In this document: piece after piece, positions 9,637 through 18,673 of the stretch
Numbering within the stretch: the first letter of the stretch is position 1
Layout of the letters: each line of letters begins with the position of its first letter
Virus record (IMG/VR): IMGVR_UViG_3300025849_000025
Coordinates: 16,100 to 80,099 of that record
Origin: a virus
DNA: 64,000 nt
Direction: 5' to 3' (one strand)
Notes under the pieces: model-generated
What the model was told of the DNA's origin: nothing
Seen by the model: the letters and a program-made list of their open reading frames with translations, nothing else
Databases searched by the model: none
Translations under genes and position numbers: made by a program

Positions 9637-11354
9637 CTTGTTCCCCAAGTTCTCGCATCACTTTGCGCTCTCCAATCTAAGTGGATGAAATTCTTGCTAC
9701 GATAGTATCCGAAACTAGTAAATCCTATTTTCCTACCTTCATTCACCAAGTCGGTTCGCATTTGTCTAGTCCAACTACTAACGCCAATATCTACAGCTTT
9801 GCCCAACAAATGTTGAGAATGTAGCGCAACGCCAGGATATTTTTTTATATCTCTCAAATACCTTTGGTATTTTTCATTTCTATAAAGGCTGTTTATTCTA
9901 AACGAACCAAACCCTGGGTGCAATTCATTCATTCTTTTATTCAGTCTCAAAATATATATCTTTGTCGTCATAGTATGTTCACCACCAGTCCAACCCAAGG
10001 AGCCAAGAATTGGTTCACTTTCGCCTGGCCAAATATTGCGCACCCAACCACCAACTGGATTGAATACAGGATGGTTATTGTTTTTAATCTCATCCCAAGT
10101 TGGTATGTACTCTCTACCATAACCTTCTTGCGAGGCTATCCAGTCTGGCACTTGCATTGGCGGTGGTCGTGTCGCGTCAGTTTCAAGATCGACATCAGGA
10201 AGTGAAGTCGTAACAATATCGTCATTTGGTGCTGTCCACACGTCATATGCTTCTCTTGTTCTTCTAGCTCTTTCTTCATCACTAAACCTAATACCACCAG
10301 CCTCAACTATTCTACTAGTTACTTGACCAGTAGCAGACCTGATTGTGTTGCGCGCAGTTTCGTATTCATCTGCAATGGCATCAAGAGGAGATTTAACTCC
10401 TTTAATAATAGCTTCTACACCAGCAGCAAAACCACAAATACGTGCCATCAAAAACATGATCTCTTCTAAGGATGGGTTATCAAACAAACCAACTGCATAA
10501 TCAATCATACCTTTTAGTTTAGATTGTATTTTATTTAAATTCTCTTCAGAAAAAAATCTACCAATCTGGTCTTTAACTGCTTCAACTTTACCGACAATCT
10601 TGTCTTGAATAAAGCTTTCTACATTACCCATAATGTCAGCCATATTAAAGTTTTGTATGGCGTCCTTGATCTTATTTATAGTACCCATAACCGCATCAGT
10701 TATTTTCTTTTTAATTGCTTCTATGAGAGCCTTTACTTTAATTGCTTCAAACAAAGCTTTGAGTGGGTCTTCGATGTTCCTAATTTTAGAGATGAAACTA
10801 AGAGCATCACCAATAAGACCCTCAACTTGACCAATAATAATAAAGAAACCGCCTATTGCGCCAAATACGTTGGGCATTAATGAACAAAATCCACCCAGAA
10901 CAGAATCTGCATAACTTCCTCTGTAGAAGTCATCAAGCTCTCTTAAAAACTTAGGGGGATTTTGATTTGCAGAGAAGTTAGCTGATATGGGCGAATAGTT
11001 ATATTCTTTAAGAAACTGTGCAAATTCAATTTGAGATATTGGACCATTTAAAATTCTTGTTTGGAGCAATGTATAATTTTGAATATTCGCAGTCACGAAG
11101 GTATTCGTGTTGATGGTATTGTTTATTAGGTTTAGGTTATCCGCAAATGTGTCGCCGTATTTATTAACCGCCAAGACAATAGGATTACTTTCAGAATCAG
11201 CAACTATATTTTTTGCGAACGAATTTTCAAAAACTTCAATTTGGGATAAAGTGAGTTCACCATTAGAATTAGCCAACGCCTGAGGCGAGGCTTTAAACAC
11301 CTTTTCTTCATCTGGACTTAAACACCAATCACGATTGGTTAAGTTCTTTTCCAT
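9630..11354 (-). CDS. Baseplate-associated protein with C-terminal peptidase M15 (Zn D-Ala-D-Ala type) domain
   Basis: INSLYR...HSQHLLGKAVDI...FIHLDWR gives the M15 SxH-x6-D and HxD zinc ligands; lies between gp5 and gp25. Confidence 0.75.
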   Translation of the reverse strand: MEKNLTNRDWCLSPDEEKVFKASPQALANSNGELTLSQIEVFENSFAKNIVADSESNPIVLAVNKYGDTFADNLNLINNTINTNTFVTANIQNYTLLQTRILNGPISQIEFAQFLKEYNYSPISANFSANQNPPKFLRELDDFYRGSYADSVLGGFCSLMPNVFGAIGGFFIIIGQVEGLIGDALSFISKIRNIEDPLKALFEAIKVKALIEAIKKKITDAVMGTINKIKDAIQNFNMADIMGNVESFIQDKIVGKVEAVKDQIGRFFSEENLNKIQSKLKGMIDYAVGLFDNPSLEEIMFLMARICGFAAGVEAIIKGVKSPLDAIADEYETARNTIRSATGQVTSRIVEAGGIRFSDEERARRTREAYDVWTAPNDDIVTTSLPDVDLETDATRPPPMQVPDWIASQEGYGREYIPTWDEIKNNNHPVFNPVGGWVRNIWPGESEPILGSLGWTGGEHTMTTKIYILRLNKRMNELHPGFGSFRINSLYRNEKYQRYLRDIKKYPGVALHSQHLLGKAVDIGVSSWTRQMRTDLVNEGRKIGFTSFGYYRSKNFIHLDWRAQSDARTWGTRW

Positions 11355-11391
11355 TACTGCTTTCCCTAGTCTCTGTTACTTATATTTATCA

Positions 11392-12786
11392 TCAAACAAG
11401 CGTCCCACCATCATCAGAACCATCATCTTGTGATGCAATTCCTTCGCCACTAGCAGAAGGAAGGTCTGCGGGGGCTACATCTGTACTTAATGTCACTGGT
11501 TCTGGTGCTTCCACCTTACTTGCACCCTTAGAAGCCTCAGCGGTTGCAATGTCGCCATCAGCATGTGCGGTATCTGCTCCACCCTCAGCCATGCGAACAA
11601 CATCATCCACGTAAACAGTTGTTCCTCTAACAGACAACTTACCGTCCGAACCAAGTGTTAGTACACCACCTCTCATATCAGTAGTGCCTGTACCAATGAT
11701 ATTAAGATCAGCCGACTTGATGTTCATTTCTGTCGTGGCAAACAAATTCATGTTATTGCCCTTGACATTCATATTTTGTGTTGCTTCTGCCCAAACGAAT
11801 GGTGCTTTGGCGTACCAACCAATACCAGCCTCAGTCTGTAGTTCTTTCTCAGCTTTAATCGACATAGTACCCACATTAGCTTCCATCTTAACATCAGCAC
11901 CACGAATTTGTACTTGGTTGCCTGCTTGCAGTGTCGATTGACCACCAACAGAAAGGAGATGATTGCCATGTACTAACTGTTGAAAGTCGCCATTTATCTC
12001 TTCGATTTTATTGCCGTTTACATGTACGTAGCTGTTGCCGTTAATTGTAACTGTACTCATGCCACCAACAACTACGTGTTGGTTCCTATCGTTTACTTCA
12101 TACTTATCACTAACTGATTTATCTGTTTTTGTACCCTGACTATCTACTTGAACATAAGACCCCGACGTGTGCCAGATCATAATTCTCTCAGAACCAGGGG
12201 TGCTATCTATTTCAATCGAGTTTGCACCAGAATGAATAACTCTGTTAAATCCATATGTTGCGTTGTATGCTGTTGGGGGTTCTGACCACGTTCTTGAATC
12301 ACTATCATCTCCACCAACTCTCACATCTCTAGTACGCATAGTTTGCTGTTGCAGAACATAAGTCTCATCAATGTACTCGCCACGAACAAGTCTGTGCTGT
12401 TGAGGTTGACCAAAACTTTCTGGGTCTGAACCTTCTGCACGTAATGCGGCATTATCTCTTGGTAACGCACCCCATCCATCCACCTCAGGGTTCATAACTT
12501 TAGTCATCTGTGATGGTATCACACCAATTATCATTGGCTGTTGTGCGCCACGTCCATCAATGAAGAAACCAAATACCCAAGAGTTTGTCTTTGGCACAAT
12601 ATTAACGTCGTAACCGCCGTGGATACATATAGCCCAAGGTAAGTCCTCTGTAGCAACATCCCTATTAGTTCCATGAATACCAAAGGCTCTTACTTTAACC
12701 CGACCCTCTTTACGTGGATCATCATTATCTTCGATAACCCCAACAAACCATAATGGGTCTTTAATTCCTAATCCATAATCAGACAT
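11392..12786 (-). CDS. gp5: Baseplate hub spike gp5 (OB fold and beta-helix; no lysozyme domain seen)
   Basis: WFVGVIEDNDDPRKEGRVKVRAFGIH...WVFGFFIDG..AQQP; EIDSTPGSERI..WHTSGS; VxG repeats. Confidence 0.88.
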   Translation of the reverse strand: MSDYGLGIKDPLWFVGVIEDNDDPRKEGRVKVRAFGIHGTNRDVATEDLPWAICIHGGYDVNIVPKTNSWVFGFFIDGRGAQQPMIIGVIPSQMTKVMNPEVDGWGALPRDNAALRAEGSDPESFGQPQQHRLVRGEYIDETYVLQQQTMRTRDVRVGGDDSDSRTWSEPPTAYNATYGFNRVIHSGANSIEIDSTPGSERIMIWHTSGSYVQVDSQGTKTDKSVSDKYEVNDRNQHVVVGGMSTVTINGNSYVHVNGNKIEEINGDFQQLVHGNHLLSVGGQSTLQAGNQVQIRGADVKMEANVGTMSIKAEKELQTEAGIGWYAKAPFVWAEATQNMNVKGNNMNLFATTEMNIKSADLNIIGTGTTDMRGGVLTLGSDGKLSVRGTTVYVDDVVRMAEGGADTAHADGDIATAEASKGASKVEAPEPVTLSTDVAPADLPSASGEGIASQDDGSDDGGTLV

Positions 12787-14164
12787 CTACTTCACCTTTA
12801 CTCCAATCAAACTTAACTAATGTAAGCGTTGCATTTAATACATTTTCATCATCACGTATATGTCGAGTTGTCTCTACCATGTATCTACCACTAAGAGTCG
12901 CATTTCTTGATAGATTGCTGATACCATCCAAAGACTTAATGTCTAAATTTACGATCATTCCTGGCATAATGTCTATTCTACCTTTCATGGAACAACTCAC
13001 TATAGTGGCGTGAAGGTGTTCGTGATATGAAAGTCTGTTTGAAATGATTTGTGGCATATACCTATCTGTATGCAAAGAACTAGGTATATCTCCAACTTGT
13101 TGGTAATCTTTGAATACAGTAAAATCTCTTGCGTTTTCTTCAGTAAATGTGTCTTCTCTGAATTGTGCTGTATGTGGGTTATCAGCAAGATTGCGTGGAT
13201 TTCCCGACATGTCGATATAGCTTGCATCTTTAGAATAATCGAATTCATTCATGACTACCTGTCTTCTCACCAGATCAAGTTCCATAACTCTATTTTTGTA
13301 ACCACCTGAGAATATATCAGAAGCAGTATCAATTCCCTTAGAGACAATTCTTATCTCTTCAACCCTATTTGTTTGATCAGTAGGTTTAGTGCCATCAACT
13401 GATGAAGCTGGGGCATAAAATAGATTAACAAGGTCTTTTCTCTGGGCAGTCTTAATGAAGTATTCATCCGACGCAAAATAAAAGTTCTTTAGTGTCTCGA
13501 AAAATTTAAACGAGTTTGAAGGTGTCTCTGGTTGGTATGCTTGCGTATATAGGAAATGCATAGCTTCAGTTGGTATCATATTTGGGATGACACATTTTAC
13601 CATGTTTGCCGTGGGCTGAACAAAGAGACTTCTATCTGGCTCTTCAGAAATAGTATGCCTTGCAGTAGCAAACTCAAGGGTTCTGTTATTATCGTCCAAA
13701 TATCTAGTGTTACCCAAACTTGCAAAATATGTATTGAAAACTTTTTTGCTAATATCACTAATGGAACTTTGGTAAGCTTTAGTAATCTTTCTTTTGGATG
13801 CGTTGTAAGAAATATTAGAAACGAAATTGATGTCATATATCACTTGACCAGAACTCTCACTGGCTTGGATGTTGTCAATTCTGAATATGTGAGTTTTCAT
13901 ATTGACTTCAGTGTTTAAATCATATCCCTTGATTTTAAGATCAAGTGTTTCTTCTGATCTCAATGGAAAGGTTTCGAGTAGACCAATGCTATCTTGCACA
14001 GTAATAGAACCATAATAGCTCATTGAGTTCATAGATTGATTAATCTCGAACTTAGTCACCATCTGTGCTATATCTGTTTTCTTATTTCCAGAATGCGAAG
14101 TTATAACTGCGTTTAAAACTTCACAGACTGATGGAGCAAAATCGCCACTACCAGTTCCTGCCAT
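12779..14164 (-). CDS. Baseplate hub protein, gp27-like
   Basis: Lies between gp53 and gp5; FKFFET and LSGRYMVETTRH hub-type motifs. Confidence 0.55.
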   Translation of the reverse strand: MAGTGSGDFAPSVCEVLNAVITSHSGNKKTDIAQMVTKFEINQSMNSMSYYGSITVQDSIGLLETFPLRSEETLDLKIKGYDLNTEVNMKTHIFRIDNIQASESSGQVIYDINFVSNISYNASKRKITKAYQSSISDISKKVFNTYFASLGNTRYLDDNNRTLEFATARHTISEEPDRSLFVQPTANMVKCVIPNMIPTEAMHFLYTQAYQPETPSNSFKFFETLKNFYFASDEYFIKTAQRKDLVNLFYAPASSVDGTKPTDQTNRVEEIRIVSKGIDTASDIFSGGYKNRVMELDLVRRQVVMNEFDYSKDASYIDMSGNPRNLADNPHTAQFREDTFTEENARDFTVFKDYQQVGDIPSSLHTDRYMPQIISNRLSYHEHLHATIVSCSMKGRIDIMPGMIVNLDIKSLDGISNLSRNATLSGRYMVETTRHIRDDENVLNATLTLVKFDWSKGEVDV

Positions 14165-14421
14165 TATCTATTACCCATTTTCTTGATGAAGTTAGCAGAT
14201 ATTTGTGGCAAGAATTGGTTATCAACTAAGAATATCTCTTTCTTATTATTGTTATCCGCGAGTTCTTGGTCGTAGATTTTCCAAGGCTTCCACTCATCTG
14301 GAATAATTCTTTTAATAATAATTTTACGACCTTGCTCAGTACGCAAGATAATACGATCCTCTTTACGAAGATAGATTGTTCTGAAGGATTCTGGGGCTAG
14401 TTTTACAATATCTACTGCCAT
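14164..14421 (-). CDS. C-terminal part of a split gp53-like baseplate wedge protein
   Basis: IYDQELADNNNKKEIFLV resembles the gp53 C-terminal YExExNxxKRxI motif; same frame as the upstream gp53 ORF; own GAGG RBS. Confidence 0.55.
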   Translation of the reverse strand: MAVDIVKLAPESFRTIYLRKEDRIILRTEQGRKIIIKRIIPDEWKPWKIYDQELADNNNKKEIFLVDNQFLPQISANFIKKMGNR

Positions 14422-14424
14422 GTC

Positions 14425-14799
14425 TTAAACCTCTTTATAATAATAAATGATGTTTTCATCATTATCGTCTCTAGTCCAGTCAACAATATCTTCGCCAACC
14501 AAACCTGATTGTTCACCATACTTATCGATCAGATAGTTATTAAAATCTGCTTCTGATTTAGGCCACTCGTGATATGGATCAGTTATGTTATTAGAATGAT
14601 ATACCAACCATGTGTAATCAGTAGACCCATAATAGAACTCAGCAATATCTTCTGGTCTTTGACCTTCTTTAATGGTGTAAGGCAAATGTAGAAGTGGGTT
14701 TGTAGAAACTTCTTTGGTAAAGCTACTTCTACGTGTAATGTCACGTACTAGCCTACCTTCGTAATTTATCAAAGGAAATTGTTCAAAATATTTAGCCAT
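14425..14799 (-). CDS. gp53: Baseplate wedge gp53, N-terminal LysM-like part
   Basis: MAKYFEQFPLINY...YTIKEGQRPEDIAEFYYGS..YTWLV..NNITDPYHEWP. Confidence 0.85.
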   Translation of the reverse strand: MAKYFEQFPLINYEGRLVRDITRRSSFTKEVSTNPLLHLPYTIKEGQRPEDIAEFYYGSTDYTWLVYHSNNITDPYHEWPKSEADFNNYLIDKYGEQSGLVGEDIVDWTRDDNDENIIYYYKEV

Positions 14800-15820
14800 T
14801 TTCGCTACCTCTACCGCCTGTTGATTGTCCCCTCAGAACCGATTGTTGTATTTCGTTAGACCCTACGCCATAATCATGTGCGGTTTCGATTTCTAGTTCT
14901 TGGAATGATAATTGGATTTGAACTCCTGCTGGCTTACCACCCTTCATGATAGCAACGCCACCACCAGAACCATAGTCAACAGTAAATTGAGTTACCATAG
15001 ATGTTTTAAATTTAATGAAATGGTCTTCATTAACACCAAGCAAATACAGATCAACTGTAGATGGGTATTGTAGGAAAGCTTTGGGTATGCCTGCCAAATC
15101 AGTGACTGTAGGCAAAGAATTCTTTTTGATCATACCAACAATGTTGCGGATACGCTCTGAGTCAGTAGCATTATTTGGATACAATTCCCAAGAAAACTGA
15201 TGACTTCTCAAATTGACACCCTCAAAGGCAAGAGTTTCACGTGGGTTCAATGTTTGGTTCGTAGCAATATCAACAGACTTCCCTACTGTACCAGACATCA
15301 ATGGACTATTTCGCAATAGATACTGAGCGCCTGATGCAACATCTTTAATGGAAGTACCCAAAAATTGACTTGCGACGTTACTAAGACCACCACCAACATT
15401 TCCACCAGATAAAGCACTCATCAAACCAGCACCTGTTGATTGTATCAAACCAGGGACATCTCCAACATCACCACCAGCAGAGAAAGATGCTAGTTTACTT
15501 GCAATTGTCTCTGTGAAGGGATCACGTTCAAAACCATTTATTCTCAAATCAGTTCCATCTGTAAGTTGTTTTGGAAACGGCAGTTCGATAGAATTAGAAG
15601 ACCTTAAACCTACGCCAGATGCTCTTCCAGAACGTGTGACGCCAGTTGCTTCTCGCCTGTTAAATCCGTTTTGAAGCTTGGCATAGTCGTATTTTTTAAA
15701 CACCATCAACATGCTATGTGGATGGGGTTGTGCTGGGAATGATTGGTATGAAGTCTTACTTTGACCAGCTTGGCGTCTTTCGAACACTTCTGGTCTATTA
15801 TGTTTTGTGCCGCCGAACAT
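14792..15820 (-). CDS. gp48: Baseplate tail-tube cap gp48
   Basis: IELPFP; NPRETLAFEGVNLRSHQFSWELYP; LSFQELE. Confidence 0.85.
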   Translation of the reverse strand: MFGGTKHNRPEVFERRQAGQSKTSYQSFPAQPHPHSMLMVFKKYDYAKLQNGFNRREATGVTRSGRASGVGLRSSNSIELPFPKQLTDGTDLRINGFERDPFTETIASKLASFSAGGDVGDVPGLIQSTGAGLMSALSGGNVGGGLSNVASQFLGTSIKDVASGAQYLLRNSPLMSGTVGKSVDIATNQTLNPRETLAFEGVNLRSHQFSWELYPNNATDSERIRNIVGMIKKNSLPTVTDLAGIPKAFLQYPSTVDLYLLGVNEDHFIKFKTSMVTQFTVDYGSGGGVAIMKGGKPAGVQIQLSFQELEIETAHDYGVGSNEIQQSVLRGQSTGGRGSENG

Positions 15821-15842
15821 TGAGAATCCCTGCCTATTTTCT

Positions 15843-15873
15843 TATAAATACTACATGTATAAGTCTATTTATA
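15843..15873. promoter_or_regulatory. Two opposed late promoters: TATAAATA on + at 15843-15850 (gp4 operon) and on - at 15866-15873 (gp48 operon)
   Basis: Two exact TATAAATA octamers on opposite strands in the 82-bp divergent intergenic region. Confidence 0.8.
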
Positions 15874-15902
15874 TTAAATCGAGAGGTTAATTTTATTATA
15901 TA

Positions 15903-16361
15903 ATGGCACATAGTGGTAGATTTCGTCCAAAAAACCCCTCTAAGTACAAGGGTGACCCCACAAAGATCATTTATAGGTCTATGTGGGAGTTTAAATTCTT
16001 TAGATATGTGGATATACACCCTGATGTGATATGGTGGCAGTCGGAAGAAGTCGTAGTTCCTTACATGTCTCCTATTGACGGAAGACGCCATAGGTACTAT
16101 CCTGATGTAATTGTCAATAAAAAGATTGGTGATGGTAAGTCTGCAACTGTAATGATTGAAATTAAACCTTATGCACAAACAAGACCACCTGATAGGTCTA
16201 AGAAGAACGCTACCAAGACTGGTAGGATATCAAGGAAGTATTTGAACGAGGTTAAGACTTGGGGTATTAATGACGCTAAATGGAAAGCCGCTAGGAAATT
16301 TTGCGCACAGCGTGGGTGGCAATTTGAAATTATGACGGAAAGAGAACTAGGAATAAAATAA
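15903..16361 (+). CDS. gp4: Head completion nuclease gp4 (TnsA-like)
   Basis: GRFRPKNPSKYKGDPTKIIYRSMWE...WQSEE...HRYYPD...IEIKP...NDAKWKAA. Confidence 0.92.
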   Translation: MAHSGRFRPKNPSKYKGDPTKIIYRSMWEFKFFRYVDIHPDVIWWQSEEVVVPYMSPIDGRRHRYYPDVIVNKKIGDGKSATVMIEIKPYAQTRPPDRSKKNATKTGRISRKYLNEVKTWGINDAKWKAARKFCAQRGWQFEIMTERELGIK

Positions 16362-16362
16362 A

Positions 16363-16980
16363 ATGGTAGCAAAAGTATTCGACGATATCCTCTTGAAAGG
16401 TATACGATCTGGACAGATGCCAGCACGTACCCAAGAAGCACGTAATTGGTATCGTGACCAAGCCAAGGCAGTTACAATGAAACAAGCTGAGGGAACCAAA
16501 CTCATCAAAGAGATGGGCAGAGATCGTTATGAAAACAGATTTAGGTTAGGTAACATGTATACGTTCATGTACGATCCTAAACACAAAGGCGATAAGTCTA
16601 AATTGCCGTATTATGACAACTATCCTCTCATTTTTCCCATAAATAAAGCAAAGGGTGGTTTCTTGGGAATCAACCTTCACTATTTACCACCTGTGTTAAG
16701 AGCAAAATTAATGGATGCTCTATACGACACAGCAAACAACAAGAATTATACGGAAGCGACTAAACTAAAAATTAATTATGATATACTATCGGGCGCGGCA
16801 AAGTTTAACATGTTTAAGCCCACAGTAAAACACTACTTGATGAGCCAAGTCAGAACAAAGTTTGTGTATATTCAACCCACAGAGTGGGATATCGCATTGT
16901 TCTTACCAAGCCAGAAGTTTGTTGGAGCAACCAAAGCACAAGTCTGGAAAGATTCCAGAGCAATTATAAAGGGCAGATAA
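16363..16980 (+). CDS. gp2: DNA end protector gp2
   Basis: MYTFMYDPKHK..LPYYDNYPLIF...GFLGINLHYLPP..RAKL. Confidence 0.92.
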   Translation: MVAKVFDDILLKGIRSGQMPARTQEARNWYRDQAKAVTMKQAEGTKLIKEMGRDRYENRFRLGNMYTFMYDPKHKGDKSKLPYYDNYPLIFPINKAKGGFLGINLHYLPPVLRAKLMDALYDTANNKNYTEATKLKINYDILSGAAKFNMFKPTVKHYLMSQVRTKFVYIQPTEWDIALFLPSQKFVGATKAQVWKDSRAIIKGR

Positions 16981-17774
16981 TGGCTTTTAGTATATCAGAT
17001 TTTAAAACCCAGATGGATCGCTTTGGCGGTCCTTCAAGAAGTTCTTTATTTGAAGTTACCATCGTAAACTTTCCATACTCCACTTCCTCAGCGGATTCAA
17101 GAGATATGACATTCTTCTGTAAGAACGTGGCAATCCCAGGAATTACGATAGGCATGGCTTCATACGAAGCAGTGGCACAACAAAGAAAGATGATGCCAAC
17201 TAGTTTAAACCCAGAACCAGTACAAGCAATCTTTATGCTAGACTCTGATGCACAGATATTGACATTCTTCCATTCGTGGGCGCAGAGAATTGTAAACTAC
17301 TCTACAGCAGGGGGTGCTTTTGCCCAAGTTGATGGCATGCTTCCATTTGAAATTGGCTACAAAGATGAATACGCTTGTCGTATCATAATTAAACACTATT
17401 CGGCTGACTATCTTGATACTGGTAGATATTACGAAACCATTTTAGATAATGCATTTCCCGGTATGATGGGAGATGTAGACTTGGCGTGGGAAAACACTGA
17501 TAGCTTTGCGGTTCTTCCAGTTAGCTTCCAATATGACAGAATACAATTTAGTGGTGAGAGAGTTGGTTCTCCTTCATCACGTTTCAACCGTGGAAATGGA
17601 CTCATAGACTTAATCGACAACATCGGTGAACTGGGTCAAATGATAGGAGCAAACCTTGTACCACGAGGTGTTCAAGACGCTGTAAACAAATTCACAAAAC
17701 TAAATAATGACTTTAACAATGTATCAAGAAAAGCCAACCAAATCGGTAATCTGGCTCAGCGTACATTTAACTGA
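16980..17774 (+). CDS. Baseplate-tail tube initiator, gp54/gp19-like
   Basis: Start reassigned to ATG 16980 (MAFSISDFK); tube-family motifs RSSLFEV, FCKNVAIPG, NAFP, VSFQYD. Confidence 0.7.
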   Translation: MAFSISDFKTQMDRFGGPSRSSLFEVTIVNFPYSTSSADSRDMTFFCKNVAIPGITIGMASYEAVAQQRKMMPTSLNPEPVQAIFMLDSDAQILTFFHSWAQRIVNYSTAGGAFAQVDGMLPFEIGYKDEYACRIIIKHYSADYLDTGRYYETILDNAFPGMMGDVDLAWENTDSFAVLPVSFQYDRIQFSGERVGSPSSRFNRGNGLIDLIDNIGELGQMIGANLVPRGVQDAVNKFTKLNNDFNNVSRKANQIGNLAQRTFN

Positions 17775-17797
17775 TAACTTAGAAGGATACCTATATC

Positions 17798-18499
17798 ATG
17801 GCACTACCCAAAATTGATCTACCTATGTTTGAGGCAAAATTGCCTTCTACAGGGGAAAAGATTACATACAGACCTTTTACTGTAAAAGAAGAAAAAATTA
17901 TGTTGGTTGCTGGAGAATCTGACGATGCAATGCAACAAGTGTTGGCAATAAAACAAATTGTTAACAACTGCGTACTCAATAAAGATATTTCTGATATCGC
18001 AATGTTTGACTTGGAATATCTTCTTCTACTACTAAGAGCAAGATCAGTAGATAATGAGGTTACCTTTGAGGTTGTTGATCCTGACACATCAGAAGAAGTA
18101 AAGCTTGTTTTAGACATTGACAAGGTGTCAATCGAACTTGATGAATTGCACACTAAAAAAGTTCCAATTAATGAAGAATACACACTACTATTAAAATACC
18201 CTAGTATTGATGAGTTTATTAAGATCACGTCAATCGACACGAACGATCCCCTAGCAAGTTACTTTATTATGATATCATGTTTAGATGCAGTTGTTTCTGA
18301 AGATGAAGTACATAGCTTTAAAGACTACACCGACAAAGAAATTGATGACTTTATGGAAAATGTTAGTGGTGAGGTTGTCAAAGGAATTCAAAAGTTCTTT
18401 GATAGCATGCCGAAACTCAGACACACTATGCCGTACAAAAACAAGAATGGTGATGATAAAACATTTGTTGTGGAGGGCATCAGAAGTTTTTTTATCTAG
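17798..18499 (+). CDS. gp26: Baseplate hub assembly protein gp26
   Basis: MALPKI...LPSTGEKITYRPFTVKEEKIML...FDLEYL..LRARSV...FFDSMPKL...EGIRSFF. Confidence 0.9.
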   Translation: MALPKIDLPMFEAKLPSTGEKITYRPFTVKEEKIMLVAGESDDAMQQVLAIKQIVNNCVLNKDISDIAMFDLEYLLLLLRARSVDNEVTFEVVDPDTSEEVKLVLDIDKVSIELDELHTKKVPINEEYTLLLKYPSIDEFIKITSIDTNDPLASYFIMISCLDAVVSEDEVHSFKDYTDKEIDDFMENVSGEVVKGIQKFFDSMPKLRHTMPYKNKNGDDKTFVVEGIRSFFI

Positions 18500-18534
18500 C
18501 GCTGTGTCACATAACGTTGGGCGATTACTATAAA

Positions 18535-18666
18535 ATGATGTTCTCCATGGCACAACATCATAAATACTCAATAACGGAGCTAGAAAGCATGCTACCTTAT
18601 GAACGCGATTTGTACTTTGGAATGTTAGTAGATTATTTAGAACAACAACAAGAGAAAAATAAGTAG
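18535..18666 (+). CDS. gp51: Baseplate hub assembly catalyst gp51 (frame open from the slippery site at 18487-18493; not in ORF track)
   Basis: YYKMMFSMAQHHKYSITELESMLPYERDLYFGMLVDYLEQ matches the gp51 signature QHHKYS..ELE.M.P.ER. Confidence 0.85.
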   Translation: MMFSMAQHHKYSITELESMLPYERDLYFGMLVDYLEQQQEKNK

Positions 18667-18673
18667 GAAAATC

